Source: Bryobacterales bacterium (lineage in GTDB: Bacteria > Acidobacteriota > Terriglobia > Bryobacterales > UBA6623). From it: a stretch of DNA of 64,000 nucleotides. The position numbers and the translations under genes were made by a program. How positions within the stretch are numbered: position 1 is the stretch's first letter; each line of letters begins with the position of its first letter. The DNA lies in the NCBI GenBank assembly GCA_963422305.1, contig OY729422.1, positions 2,280,436-2,344,435 of the forward strand, given 5' to 3'. The notes beneath the pieces were generated by a model, which was given only the letters and a program-made list of their open reading frames with translations, made no database searches and had not been told where the DNA came from. Shown piece after piece: positions 48,126 through 57,741 of the stretch.

Positions 48126-49352
48126 TCAGCGGACCTGCTTCAATGCCAGCACCGCGTTGAGGCCGCCGAAAGCAAACGAATTCGAAAGCGCGACGCGAAC
48201 CGGAACCTCGCGCGCCTTGTTCGGCACGCAGTCCAGGGGGCAGTCGGAGTCCGCTTCGATGAAGTTCATCGTAGGAGGCACGAAACCACCGTGGATTCCC
48301 AGCGCGGTAGCGGCCGCCTCAAGAGCCCCCGAAGCGCCGAGAGCGTGCCCGTGCATCGACTTCGTAGAGGAAACTGCGAGCGCGTCGGCGTAGCCGCCGA
48401 ACACCGCCCTGATGGCGTTCGACTCCGTCGCGTCATTGGTGCGCGTGCCGGTTCCGTGCGTGTTGATATAGTCGACTTCGCCGGGCTCGATGCGGCCGTC
48501 GCGAAGCGCCGCTTGCATTGCCTGGGCCGCTCCCTCCGCCGACGGCTGGATCAAGTGGCTCGCGTCCGAAGACATACCGAACCCGGCGAGCTCGGCGTAA
48601 ATCTTCGCGCCGCGCCGTCGCGCGCGGTCGAGCGTTTCCAAAGCCAGGACGGCCGCGCCCTCGCCCAGCGTCATGCCCCGGCGTCCCAGACTGAACGGGC
48701 GGCAGATGTCGAGAGACACCACGCGCATCGCGTCCCACGCCTTTAACAGCCCCAGAGTGATGCAAGCCTCGGCCCCGCCCGCCAAGGCGACCTCCGCCGA
48801 GCCGTTGCGAAGCATCCAGAGCGCCTGTCCCAAAGCATGAGCCGCCGACGCGCAGGCGCTCGAAACCGCAAACGAAGGTCCCTGAATACCCAGATCAATC
48901 GTCACGTGGCTGACCGCGGCGCTGAGCATCGAGCGCGGAATCACCGTGGGATGCACCCGCGGATTCCCCGCTTCGTACAACTCACGGAAAGCATCGTCAT
49001 CCGTTGTTTTGCCCCCTGCGCCCGACCCCAGAACAACCGCGGCCGCGCGCAGCCCGTTCCTTCGCTCGAAGCCTGCGTCGGCAACGGCTTCGCGCGCCGC
49101 CACAACCGCAAACTGCGCGAACCGGTCCATCATCTTCAACCGCTTCGCGTCGATGTGCGCCGCCGCGTCGAAACCGGTGACGACCGCGGCGTTCTTCATC
49201 TGCAACCGGTCAGGGTCGACCTGGGTGATCGGACGGATGCCGCAACGGCCCGCGCGGAGCGAATCTTCGAACTGTTCCCGATTCAGACCGATAGCGCTGA
49301 CGACACCGATGCCGGATACAACGACACGGCAGCCCGAGTTGACGGCATTCAA
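48126..49352 (-). CDS. fabF: Beta-ketoacyl-ACP synthase II
   Basis: Cys-His-His triad contexts VSSACASAAHAL, NTHGTGT, SMHGHALGASG. C-terminal NSFAFGGLNA. Confidence 0.9.
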   Translation of the reverse strand: MNAVNSGCRVVVSGIGVVSAIGLNREQFEDSLRAGRCGIRPITQVDPDRLQMKNAAVVTGFDAAAHIDAKRLKMMDRFAQFAVVAAREAVADAGFERRNGLRAAAVVLGSGAGGKTTDDDAFRELYEAGNPRVHPTVIPRSMLSAAVSHVTIDLGIQGPSFAVSSACASAAHALGQALWMLRNGSAEVALAGGAEACITLGLLKAWDAMRVVSLDICRPFSLGRRGMTLGEGAAVLALETLDRARRRGAKIYAELAGFGMSSDASHLIQPSAEGAAQAMQAALRDGRIEPGEVDYINTHGTGTRTNDATESNAIRAVFGGYADALAVSSTKSMHGHALGASGALEAAATALGIHGGFVPPTMNFIEADSDCPLDCVPNKAREVPVRVALSNSFAFGGLNAVLALKQVR

Positions 49353-49367
49353 AATATCACCGTCCTG

Positions 49368-49625
49368 CTATTCGCCGCCACCCGACGCCTGGTCCTTGAG
49401 CAGCCGTTCGACTCCGTCGACAACATCGCGAATTCCCCGCAGATTCCTGGCATCTTCGTCCGATATCTGGATGTCGAACTCGCTCTCGATTGCAAACAGT
49501 AGATTCACGCCGTCGAAAGAATCGATCTCAAGCTCTTCGAATGTCGAATCGATCATGATCTTCTCCGGCTCAATCTGCTGGTTCTCAGCCACAGCGCAGC
49601 GCACTCGGTCAAAGATTTCATTCAT
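49368..49625 (-). CDS. Acyl carrier protein (non-housekeeping type)
   Basis: 85 aa. The phosphopantetheine-site context LEIDSFDGVNLLFAIESEFD is a DSF variant of DSLD. It lies 15 nt upstream of the KAS II gene. Confidence 0.75.
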   Translation of the reverse strand: MNEIFDRVRCAVAENQQIEPEKIMIDSTFEELEIDSFDGVNLLFAIESEFDIQISDEDARNLRGIRDVVDGVERLLKDQASGGGE

Positions 49626-49756
49626 GTTTCAAGACATCATACAATGCGACGGCCATCCGGTCATTTCGCGGCGAACCGTTGTCGGACCTGCAAGTCAACT
49701 CGTTGGCAGAGGCAGTCTTGTTCAGGCAAGACAACTTGTGTACGGAGCAGAAAACC

Positions 49757-49845
49757 TGGTGCGCAAGAGAGGACTTGAACCTCCACGGGATTTAACTCCC
49801 ACTAGGACCTGAACCTAGCGCGTCTGCCAATTTCGCCACTTGCGC
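49757..49845 (-). tRNA. tRNA-Leu (anticodon CAG), type II with long variable arm, CCA encoded
   Basis: Hand-folded. Acceptor GCGCAAG/CUUGCGC, D stem GCG/CGC, anticodon stem CUAGG/CCUAG with loop UUCAGGU, variable arm GGGA..UCCC, T arm GGAGG-UUCAAGU-CCUCU, discriminator A plus CCA. Confidence 0.85.
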
Positions 49846-49944
49846 ATAAGACGCAGCCAAGATACAACGGGGAAAAGTCTGCGGTTCTCTCAGCATTTCT
49901 TATTAGACAACGGAAACAGGGGCGCGAGTCAAGCCGCGGACGCT

Positions 49945-51039
49945 TCACCGGGAGTCCGCTTCCGACACCAGGCGCTTGATATGGTTGAGCATCGTCAAGG
50001 CATCGAATCCGGCCGCCGACTCTCCCTTCATACGCTCGATGAACAGCAGATACTCCACAGTCACCGATTCCCGCGCCGGGATCCAACGGAAACTCTGTTC
50101 CTCGAACAACCGCCCCCGGTCGATCGCTTGCCGCCGGGTTTCCGGCATCGGCGAAACGCCGAACTCCATGCCACGCGTCAAGGTCCGGCCGTTCCACGGC
50201 GCCTGCCCGCGGGAGTAGTTCTCCTCCCAGATCCCCAGCCAGGGAAAATCCGAGCGCTTCCATAAATAGCCGAAGAGTATCTCGGAAGCCGGGTGATACG
50301 CCGCAAAAAAAGCGTCTTGGAGGGCGGGATCCATCAAATGGGCGGTGTATGCTCCCGAGACGGCGGTCCCGACCGTAAGGCGCATATCGCCCCAGCCGCC
50401 GGCCGACAGCGGCGCGAACGGCCAATCGAATTCCGCGCCCGGCAGGAAACGATTATGCCCCGGAGCGAATTCCTGCTCGAAAACCTTGGATTTCGTTGCC
50501 GAAGCCTCGAACCGTGTCTTGCCCTTTTCCAGAAACGGCGGCCCTAGCGTGACGTGCTGCGTCCAGCCGACCGCCCTGTCTATGTTCATCCGGTTCGTCG
50601 CCGTCTCGACAATCCTCACGAAATTCCCGTTCGGCGGCGCAACCAGCAGCCGTTCGAAGCTCATCCGCGCCTGTGGTAACTCGCCCTTCGCCAGCAGTTC
50701 GCCCGCGCTCTCCGTCACATCCCAATCGAGTACCGGCGCCTCTCCGTGCGCCGTAAGCCCAGCGTCCGTTTCCTGCTCCGACGGCGGCCCGAAAAAATCG
50801 AAGCAAAGATTATGCCCCGCGATGCCGGCCAGCAGCTGCGCCTCGGCCGGACCGCCGTACCCTTCATGAATCTCCGGATCGAACGTCGAAGGGTCAATCG
50901 TCTCCCAAGGAGGATCCCAGAGCGGGTTCACCCCGTTCTCCTTCAAGACGACCGCCGCAATGTGCCCCCCGCCGGGCAGCAACGTCAGCCGTAGGCGGTC
51001 GTTTTCCAAGTGAACCTGACGCCGATTCGCGTAACCCAT
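49945..51039 (-). CDS. Hypothetical protein, possibly galactose-mutarotase-like (aldose 1-epimerase / DUF4432-type) fold
   Basis: The N-terminus VHLENDRLRLTLLPGGGHIAAVVL..NPLW resembles the opening strands of mutarotase-like proteins. The rest is not recognised. Confidence 0.35.
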   Translation of the reverse strand: MGYANRRQVHLENDRLRLTLLPGGGHIAAVVLKENGVNPLWDPPWETIDPSTFDPEIHEGYGGPAEAQLLAGIAGHNLCFDFFGPPSEQETDAGLTAHGEAPVLDWDVTESAGELLAKGELPQARMSFERLLVAPPNGNFVRIVETATNRMNIDRAVGWTQHVTLGPPFLEKGKTRFEASATKSKVFEQEFAPGHNRFLPGAEFDWPFAPLSAGGWGDMRLTVGTAVSGAYTAHLMDPALQDAFFAAYHPASEILFGYLWKRSDFPWLGIWEENYSRGQAPWNGRTLTRGMEFGVSPMPETRRQAIDRGRLFEEQSFRWIPARESVTVEYLLFIERMKGESAAGFDALTMLNHIKRLVSEADSR

Positions 51040-51483
51040 CGCTCAATGCCGAAGCATCCAAGAATACCATTTGAGAAGCCCGACCGACGGTCTGCATTCC
51101 GGGGCTGCTAAACTGCTTTGGCGGCTCGGCGCAATACTGCCTGCTGCAAGTTGATTGTAACTGTAATTCCCTGCAGCGGATCGGCAGGATGAACGAGGCG
51201 CGGTTCCTTGAACTGATGCGACAGCGGCGCATTGGGGAGACGATCTCGAAGGATGCGGTCAAGAACGACTGTTCTTTCTGTTGTCCAGCAAGGACGAAAC
51301 ACACGATTGCCGCAAACGTCTCGTCACCAAGTATCTTCAGGAACGCTGGGGCGCCGTTGAGAGCGATCACCTCGGATCAAGCACGGCCGTCTGACCGTCT
51401 CCTCCAACGGAAAAGACATTTAGCGCTTTTTTACAAGGAGCGCAGCGCGCCGCTGTCCGCTACAATCGAGTCGGGAAACCGTC

Positions 51484-52920
51484 ATGGAAGAACACATCCG
51501 CCCGACTCGAAACCGTCGCGAATTCATCCGCGATGCCTACTGCGGCTTTGGTTCCCTGGCTGCGCTGACGATGGCCTACGACGAACTGCTGCGGGCCGCT
51601 CCGGCTGACGATCCACTGGCGCCCAGGCCGCCTCATCTGGAGAACGCCAATGCCGAGTCCGTCATCTTCCTCTTCATGGCCGGCGGACCCAGCCACATCG
51701 AAACCTTCGACCCGAAACCGCTCCTCAATAAACTCGACGGTCAACCCCGCCCTGCCGAATTCGGCGAAGCCAAGTACCAATTCGTAAAGAAAGACGCCGT
51801 GTTGCTGGGGGCCAGGCGCGCCTTCAAAAAATACGGTCAAAGCGGAATCGCCGTCTCCGATCTGCTGCCCCATACCGCCGAGTGCATCGATGACATCGCC
51901 GTCCTCCGCTCCTGCCACGGCGATATGGTTGTCCATTCCGCCGCGCAGTACCAACTCATGACCGGACGCATTGCCCCAGGCTTCCCCTCGATGGGATCTT
52001 GGGTCGTTTACGGACTGGGATCCGAGGCCCGTTCCCTGCCTTCCTATGTCGTCATGCCCGACCCCGACGGCGCGCTCGAAGCCGGTCAACCCATGTACAT
52101 GAACGGTTTTCTCCCCGCCGTCTATCAGCCTACGACTTTCCGTGCCGGAGACCGCCCCGTTCTCAATCTGGATCTGCCCGATAGTGTCTCCCTCGACGAC
52201 CGCAAGAAAACGGTCGCTCTGATCAAAACTCTCAACGAAGCCGCGGCGGAACCTGGAGACCATGAGTTCGAAGCCCGCATCCGAAGCCACGATTTAGCGT
52301 TCAAGATGCAAACCGAGGCGCCGGCGACGCTCGACATCTCGAACGAACCCCAAGAAACTCTCGACCTCTACGGCGTAGGCGTCGAGCCTACCCATGACTA
52401 TGCCCGCCGCTGCCTGTTGGCCCGTCGGTTGGTCGAAAAAGGCGTACGCTTCGTAACGGTGGTTTCCGGAGGCGGCCCCGGCAATCTCCAGTGGGACGCC
52501 CATAGCGACATCGAAGAAAACCACATCCGCATGGCCGCGCAGACCGACAAGCCCGTGGCGGGACTGCTCAAAGACCTCAAACGCCGCGGCATGCTCGACA
52601 AAACCCTGGTCATCTGGGGCGGCGAATTCGGACGCTCCCCCGAAGCCGAAACCCGCAGCGACGGAAAAGTCGGACGCGACCACCACAACCTGGGCTTCAG
52701 CATGTGGATGGCCGGAGGCGGCATCAAGGGCGGACAAGCCGTCGGCGCGACCGACGCCATCGGCCTGCGCGCCGTTGAAAAGCCTTATCATTTCCGTGAC
52801 ATCCACACGACAATCCTCAATCAGCTCGGCCTGGATCAAGACAAGCTCAGCTATCTCCACCTGGGCCGCAAAGAGCGTCTGACCCAAATTCACGGCAAAG
52901 TAATCGAAGAAATCGTTTAG
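51484..52920 (+). CDS. DUF1501 protein (intact), TAT signal
   Basis: NRREFIRDAYCGFGSLAAL. SVIFLFMAGGPSHIETFDPKP, WDAHSD, VIWGGEFGRSP, GRDHH, GGGIKGG, HDIHTTILNQLGLD. Confidence 0.85.
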   Translation: MEEHIRPTRNRREFIRDAYCGFGSLAALTMAYDELLRAAPADDPLAPRPPHLENANAESVIFLFMAGGPSHIETFDPKPLLNKLDGQPRPAEFGEAKYQFVKKDAVLLGARRAFKKYGQSGIAVSDLLPHTAECIDDIAVLRSCHGDMVVHSAAQYQLMTGRIAPGFPSMGSWVVYGLGSEARSLPSYVVMPDPDGALEAGQPMYMNGFLPAVYQPTTFRAGDRPVLNLDLPDSVSLDDRKKTVALIKTLNEAAAEPGDHEFEARIRSHDLAFKMQTEAPATLDISNEPQETLDLYGVGVEPTHDYARRCLLARRLVEKGVRFVTVVSGGGPGNLQWDAHSDIEENHIRMAAQTDKPVAGLLKDLKRRGMLDKTLVIWGGEFGRSPEAETRSDGKVGRDHHNLGFSMWMAGGGIKGGQAVGATDAIGLRAVEKPYHFRDIHTTILNQLGLDQDKLSYLHLGRKERLTQIHGKVIEEIV

Positions 52921-52997
52921 GGACGTCCGGTCGCTGCCAATTTTGCCGCTTTACGTCGGCGGATCAACATCAAGGAACAACGCCGGCCGCGCAGCGG

Positions 52998-54332
52998 CTA
53001 AACCTCGGGCAACTCCCAAGGCTTCCGATATTCGTAGTGCAGTAACTCGTTCGCCTCGGAATCGTTCGTAAAGCGCTCCGCCTCGCGGTCCCAGATCAGC
53101 AGTTTTCCGGTCCGCAACGCAATGTTCCCGATCAACGGCGCGGAAGTCGAGCGGTGTCCGATTTCGATATCCGCGTTGCAGCGCTGTCGGCTCTTGACAC
53201 AGTCCAGGAAATTCCGTGTATGGAACTCCGTCCCGCTGGGACCTTCTACCTTCATCGGCTCGATCAACGACTTTGCTTCCGTCCGCTGCGCGCGCTCTGT
53301 CTTGCGGTCCAGCGGCGTCCGCGCATAGCGTCCGTGCGGGTTGATGCTGTCGGCAATAATCTCGAACCCCCTCCCCTGGACCAGCATGGTCCCCTTGGTT
53401 CCGCGCAGCTCGATCTGCGGGCGGTCAGGCTGGACATAGCCGTTCGCGTTGTACTGGTTGAATGTCGCCAGAGTTCCCCCGGGATACTCGAACAAAATCT
53501 TCGCCGTATCCGGAATCTCGCGGTTGTCGTCAATCGCGAACTTGCCGCCCATCGCCGCAACCTGCAGCGGAGCGTCGCGGCCCAGCGCCCAATGCGCCAC
53601 GTCCATCAAATGCACGCCCATATTCGTCGCCTGTCCGCCCGAGTAATCGCGGAACCAGCGGAACTTGTAGAAAGTGCGGTTGACGTTATGCGCAACCGCC
53701 GGCGCCGGGCCCAGCCACAGATCGTAGTCCGCGTCCTCCGGCGGGGGCGAATTCGGCGGGTTCCCGATGCCCTTCGGCCATTCGTTGCCGATGTTGTAAG
53801 TATCCGCGACCGTAATTTGCCCGATGCCGTCCGCGCGGGCAATCTCGCTCAATTGCTTCACCCAGGGCAGCGACCGCCGCTGTATGCCCACCTGCGCTAC
53901 GCGGTCGTATTTGCGCACAGCTTGCACCATGCGCCGCCCCTCGACCACCGTTAGGCTGAGCGGCTTTTCGACGTAAACATCTTTACCGGCCTGACAAGCG
54001 TGAATCGTCTGCAAGGCGTGCCAATGATCCGGCGTGCAGATGACCACGGCGTCGACGGCGGACTCCAGCAACTTGCGGTAGTCCGCGTAAAACCGCCGTT
54101 CGCCGCGTTTCTCCGAACGCCCCTTGGCATGCTCCATATAGTCTTGCCTCAGATCGCAAAGCGCGTCGATTCGGCTGTCGCCATGCTCGAGAAAAGCCGT
54201 CAGAACCTGATCTCCGCGGTTTCCTAATCCAATGAAACCGAGGCTCACCCGATCATTGGCTCCAAGCACCCGCGAGTAGCTCAGCGCCGTAAAGGCCGCA
54301 GTCGAAGCGTGAATAAAATCCCGGCGGTCCAT
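52998..54332 (-). CDS. TAT-exported Gfo/Idh/MocA-family oxidoreductase
   Basis: MDRRDFIHASTAAFTAL signal. Rossmann LGFIGLGNRG, VYVEKP motif. ATG chosen at 54332 (the track ORF extends to 54449). Confidence 0.85.
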   Translation of the reverse strand: MDRRDFIHASTAAFTALSYSRVLGANDRVSLGFIGLGNRGDQVLTAFLEHGDSRIDALCDLRQDYMEHAKGRSEKRGERRFYADYRKLLESAVDAVVICTPDHWHALQTIHACQAGKDVYVEKPLSLTVVEGRRMVQAVRKYDRVAQVGIQRRSLPWVKQLSEIARADGIGQITVADTYNIGNEWPKGIGNPPNSPPPEDADYDLWLGPAPAVAHNVNRTFYKFRWFRDYSGGQATNMGVHLMDVAHWALGRDAPLQVAAMGGKFAIDDNREIPDTAKILFEYPGGTLATFNQYNANGYVQPDRPQIELRGTKGTMLVQGRGFEIIADSINPHGRYARTPLDRKTERAQRTEAKSLIEPMKVEGPSGTEFHTRNFLDCVKSRQRCNADIEIGHRSTSAPLIGNIALRTGKLLIWDREAERFTNDSEANELLHYEYRKPWELPEV

Positions 54333-54838
54333 CGCAAGTATCGTATCAGCATCGGCGTCTGATTCAGGGCAAAGCGGGAAAGAACAGCTTGTGCCGGGAA
54401 GCGGCGCAAGCAATTCGAAGCGGCTGCGCCATCCACCGCCCCTCCTCAACCAGCGCGACCGATACGACGTCGAAACGGCAGGGCGCCAGTGGTGTGGCTG
54501 CAGGCCGGATAGTCGAGCGTCATGCGGGTCAGACGTGGCTGCTCGACCGGCGTCACCACCGCCGGAGGCGTGCCGAAGCGCTCGCCGGCCCCGGTCTTGA
54601 CCTTCACGAATACGAGCGCGTCTCCCTCTATCGCCCTATCGCCACAATACCGATTTCACTGTAGCGGGTGTGTTACCGCTTGGCAAGAATTGCGTATCCG
54701 CAGCCCCGGAGATTCCGGTACGCCAGCGCCTCGCCGCGTCTCCCGATACTGAGATGGCGCGGCGTGGGCATGACGGTACCGATTCATACAAGACGACATC
54801 AGTCCGAGCCCTGCCCCTCCGCTGCTTATACTGACTGC

Positions 54839-56155
54839 ATGGAACTCATACTTGGAATCATCGCCGGCCTCGCCTTGGGCGGCGGCGCCCTCTACGCCCT
54901 CCTCCGCGAGCGAGCGCGCCAACTCGAAACCGTCTTGCGGGAACGGGACGACGCACGAGTCGAGCGGGACAAGCAGCCTGAGAAACTGGTGCAGGCGAGG
55001 AAGGAGATCAGCGCTTACGAAAGCACTAAAGCAGCACGCGAGCAGGAGTTTAAAGATCGCCGCGAGGAGCTCGACACGCATTTCAAGAGGATCGCCTGCG
55101 ACGTACTCAAGTCGAGCACCGAGGAGTTTCGCAAGCAGGCATCCGAGCGGTTCAAGCTGCACCAGGAGCTGGCCGGCAAAGACCTGAAGGAGCGCGAGAC
55201 CGCCGTGGAGAACCTCGTCAAGCCGGTCCGTGAGAGTCTGGAGGAGCTACGCAAGTACGTCAACGCATCCGACAAGGGGCGCGCCGCCGATACGAAGCTG
55301 GTCAGCGAGGGCGTCAAGAATCTGATGGCCGAGACGAGCGGCCTGCGGAAGATTCTCCACAACCCGCAGCTCCGCGGGGAATGGGGCGAGCAGCAGCAGC
55401 GCAACGTGCTCAAAGCCGCCGGCATGACGTCATCATGTTGATTACTTCGAGCAAGAAACGGTCGACGGAACGGCGGACGGCAAGTGGCTGAGCCCGGACG
55501 TGCTGGTGAAAATTCCCGGCTGCGCCAAGGTCGTGATCGATGCGAAGACGCCGCATGAGCAGTACGACGCAGCGCTGCACAGCGACAACAAGCAGGAGCA
55601 GGCGCGGATCTGCTCAAGGCGCACGCGAAAGCCCTCGTTGGACACGCAGAGACGCTTGCCGGTCGCAACTGCGCGCAAGTGGGTTGACGGCTCGCCCGAC
55701 TTCGTGATGATGTACGTGCCGACCGATCCGATGCTCGACGCGGCGATCAAGGCGGAGCCGTAGATCTGGCAGGATACGTGGCGGCGCCGCCGTATCTTGA
55801 TCGCGACGCCCGGTCTGCTGATTGCGTTCCTGCGCACCGTCGCGCTTGCGTGGCGCCAACAGGAGATGCAACGCAACGCCGACAAGATTGTCGAAACCGC
55901 TCGCGATCTGTACGGCGGCCTGGACACGTACGCCGGCCACGTGGACAAGATGGGGCGCGGGCTGCGTCAAGCCGTCGGCGCCTACAACCGCGGCGTAGGC
56001 TCGTTCCAGTCCCGCATGCTGGTCCAGGCGCGCCGCTTCGAGGAATTGATCGCCGCGGGGAAGCGCAGCAGATCAAGGAACCCGCCGCCGTCGACACGGC
56101 CGTCCGGCAGATCGAAGCGCTGGAATTGCCGCCGGCGACCGGGGCCGACCCGTAG
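54839..56155 (+). pseudogene. rmuC: DNA recombination protein RmuC, inactivated
   Basis: TM helix plus coiled coil, LRGEWGE, PDVLVKIPGCAKVVIDAKTP, SPDFVMMYVPTDP, ATPGLLIAFLR. Frame change at about 55428-55440. An out-of-frame stretch at about 55605-55675, where the conserved DLLKAHAKALVGHAETLAGRN is readable only in another frame. In-frame TAG at 55761-55763. Frame change at the G run 56057-56060, after which the C-terminus EAQQIKEPAAVD... is in another frame. Confidence 0.75.
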
Positions 56156-56306
56156 CATCTACGCCTGCCGCCGCTAGAGGCCGCAATCGAAGCGTGCGAA
56201 TCTTGGCGGTCCATCGTCGCTATCGGAGCGGCATCGACGCCTGCTTCAGCGCGGAGCGGGGGTTTCCCCGCCAACTGTTACAATCGTTTTTTTGCAGTCG
56301 CCCGCC

Positions 56307-57119
56307 ATGCCCGCACCCGACGCCCGGCAAGCCCAAGCCGAACTTCGCGAACAAGGCTATACGCTTCTCCGCAAGGCAATCGACGGCGCTTTGCAAAAAC
56401 GTCTGCGTGCGCGTTTAGAGCAACTATTCGAACAGGAGGGAGACAACGCCGGAAGTGAATTCCGCACCGAACTCGGAGCGCGCCGCCTAGCTAACTTGGT
56501 CAACAAAGGCGCGCTCTTCCATAGCGTCATCCGCCACCCGGATGTCCTGGCTTGCGCCGAAGCAGTATTCGAAACCCCGTTCAAACTCAGTAGCCTCAAC
56601 GCCCGCTCCGCCAACCCCAACAGCACACAGGGCCAGCCGCTGCACGTCGATATGGGATTCCTGGCCGACGAACAAGGCCCCAAAGCAGTCAACGCCGTCT
56701 GGATGCTGGACGACTTTACCGCCCACAACGGCACGCTGCGGATCATCCCGGAATCCCACCGTCGCAACGCCCGGCCGCAAGAGATCCTCGAAAATCCGCT
56801 CTCCCCGCACTCGGACGAGATCGTCGTCACCGGCAACGCGGGCGACATCCTGGTTTTGCAGTCTCACCTGTGGCACGCCGGGCTAGCCAACCGCACCGCC
56901 CGGCCGAGGCTCTCCCTCAACGCTTTCTATTGCCGTTGCGACCAGCCCCAACAACTGTGGCAGAAAAAATGGCTCGATCCCGAAACCCAGGTCGAGCTCG
57001 ACGGCGACTTGCGCAAGCTGCTGGCCCTTGACGATCCGCGCAACGACGAGATTTGCTCTCAACCGGTCGAAACCAGCGGCTTCATGAAGCGGGCGAGGAA
57101 CGAAGAGCAAGTCCGCTAG
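56307..57119 (+). CDS. Phytanoyl-CoA dioxygenase (PhyH) family Fe(II)/2-oxoglutarate oxygenase
   Basis: LHVDMGF (HxD), [29 protein letters not shown]...R. Confidence 0.75.
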   Translation: MPAPDARQAQAELREQGYTLLRKAIDGALQKRLRARLEQLFEQEGDNAGSEFRTELGARRLANLVNKGALFHSVIRHPDVLACAEAVFETPFKLSSLNARSANPNSTQGQPLHVDMGFLADEQGPKAVNAVWMLDDFTAHNGTLRIIPESHRRNARPQEILENPLSPHSDEIVVTGNAGDILVLQSHLWHAGLANRTARPRLSLNAFYCRCDQPQQLWQKKWLDPETQVELDGDLRKLLALDDPRNDEICSQPVETSGFMKRARNEEQVR

Positions 57120-57734
57120 GGGTTATAAATCTCGCTCACATACTGATCGAAATCGACCACCGCCCCGGTCATCATCTCCGACTCTCCGTTCAACAGATAG
57201 ACCGTCATGCCGGCAACATCCCGCGGGCGAAGAATGCGTCCGAACGGCATGCGGGCGTCCGCCGACTCCAGCCAATTCTCGGTGCGGCCTTCCCTCAATT
57301 GAACGAGATGCTCGGTTGACGTCGCAGCCGGCCAATATTCAAGGCGTTTACGGGAATGCGATGTTCCCGCCGCGGCCTTCGCACTGCATGATCTTGACTG
57401 TTTCCTGCATGTAGTAGGAACGGATCCCGTAGATTGATTGCCATGATCCTGTTCCAGTGCTCCGCGATGTGTCTTCGAGCGTTCCCCGTTCGGCGCCGGC
57501 AGCCGCAATCAACCCGTGGCGCGACGTGGCATCCTCCAATTGCACGGGAACGAAAACAGCCCGGCAGCCGGCGGCGGCAAGATTCTCGGCAACGCGCTCG
57601 CCCCGCTCCCGCGAACGCCCGCTGACGACCGCCCCGCAAGCCCCGCGCTCCGCAACGAGCCGCAGAACCGCTTCTCTCAAGCCTTGCGCCGACCCGGTCG
57701 AGACAATCGCCTTACCTTTGAAATCCGCTGTCAT
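57116..57734 (-). pseudogene. SDR-family oxidoreductase, inactivated
   Basis: The N-terminal KGKAIVSTGSAQGLR is a degenerate TGxxxGx[44 protein letters not shown] and [18 protein letters not shown]...[20 protein letters not shown]...[10 protein letters not shown] lie in three different frames. GGNI is directly followed by IPVNALNIG, so the roughly 55-aa segment carrying Ser and YxxxK is deleted. Confidence 0.65.
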
Positions 57735-57741
57735 GGAATCT

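Noticed and set aside
49626-49944. A genomic island or integrated element next to tRNA-Leu.
   Set aside because: There is no integrase, no direct repeat of the tRNA 3' end, and no foreign-looking genes on either side. The flanks are ACP/fabF and a chromosomal-type hypothetical gene.
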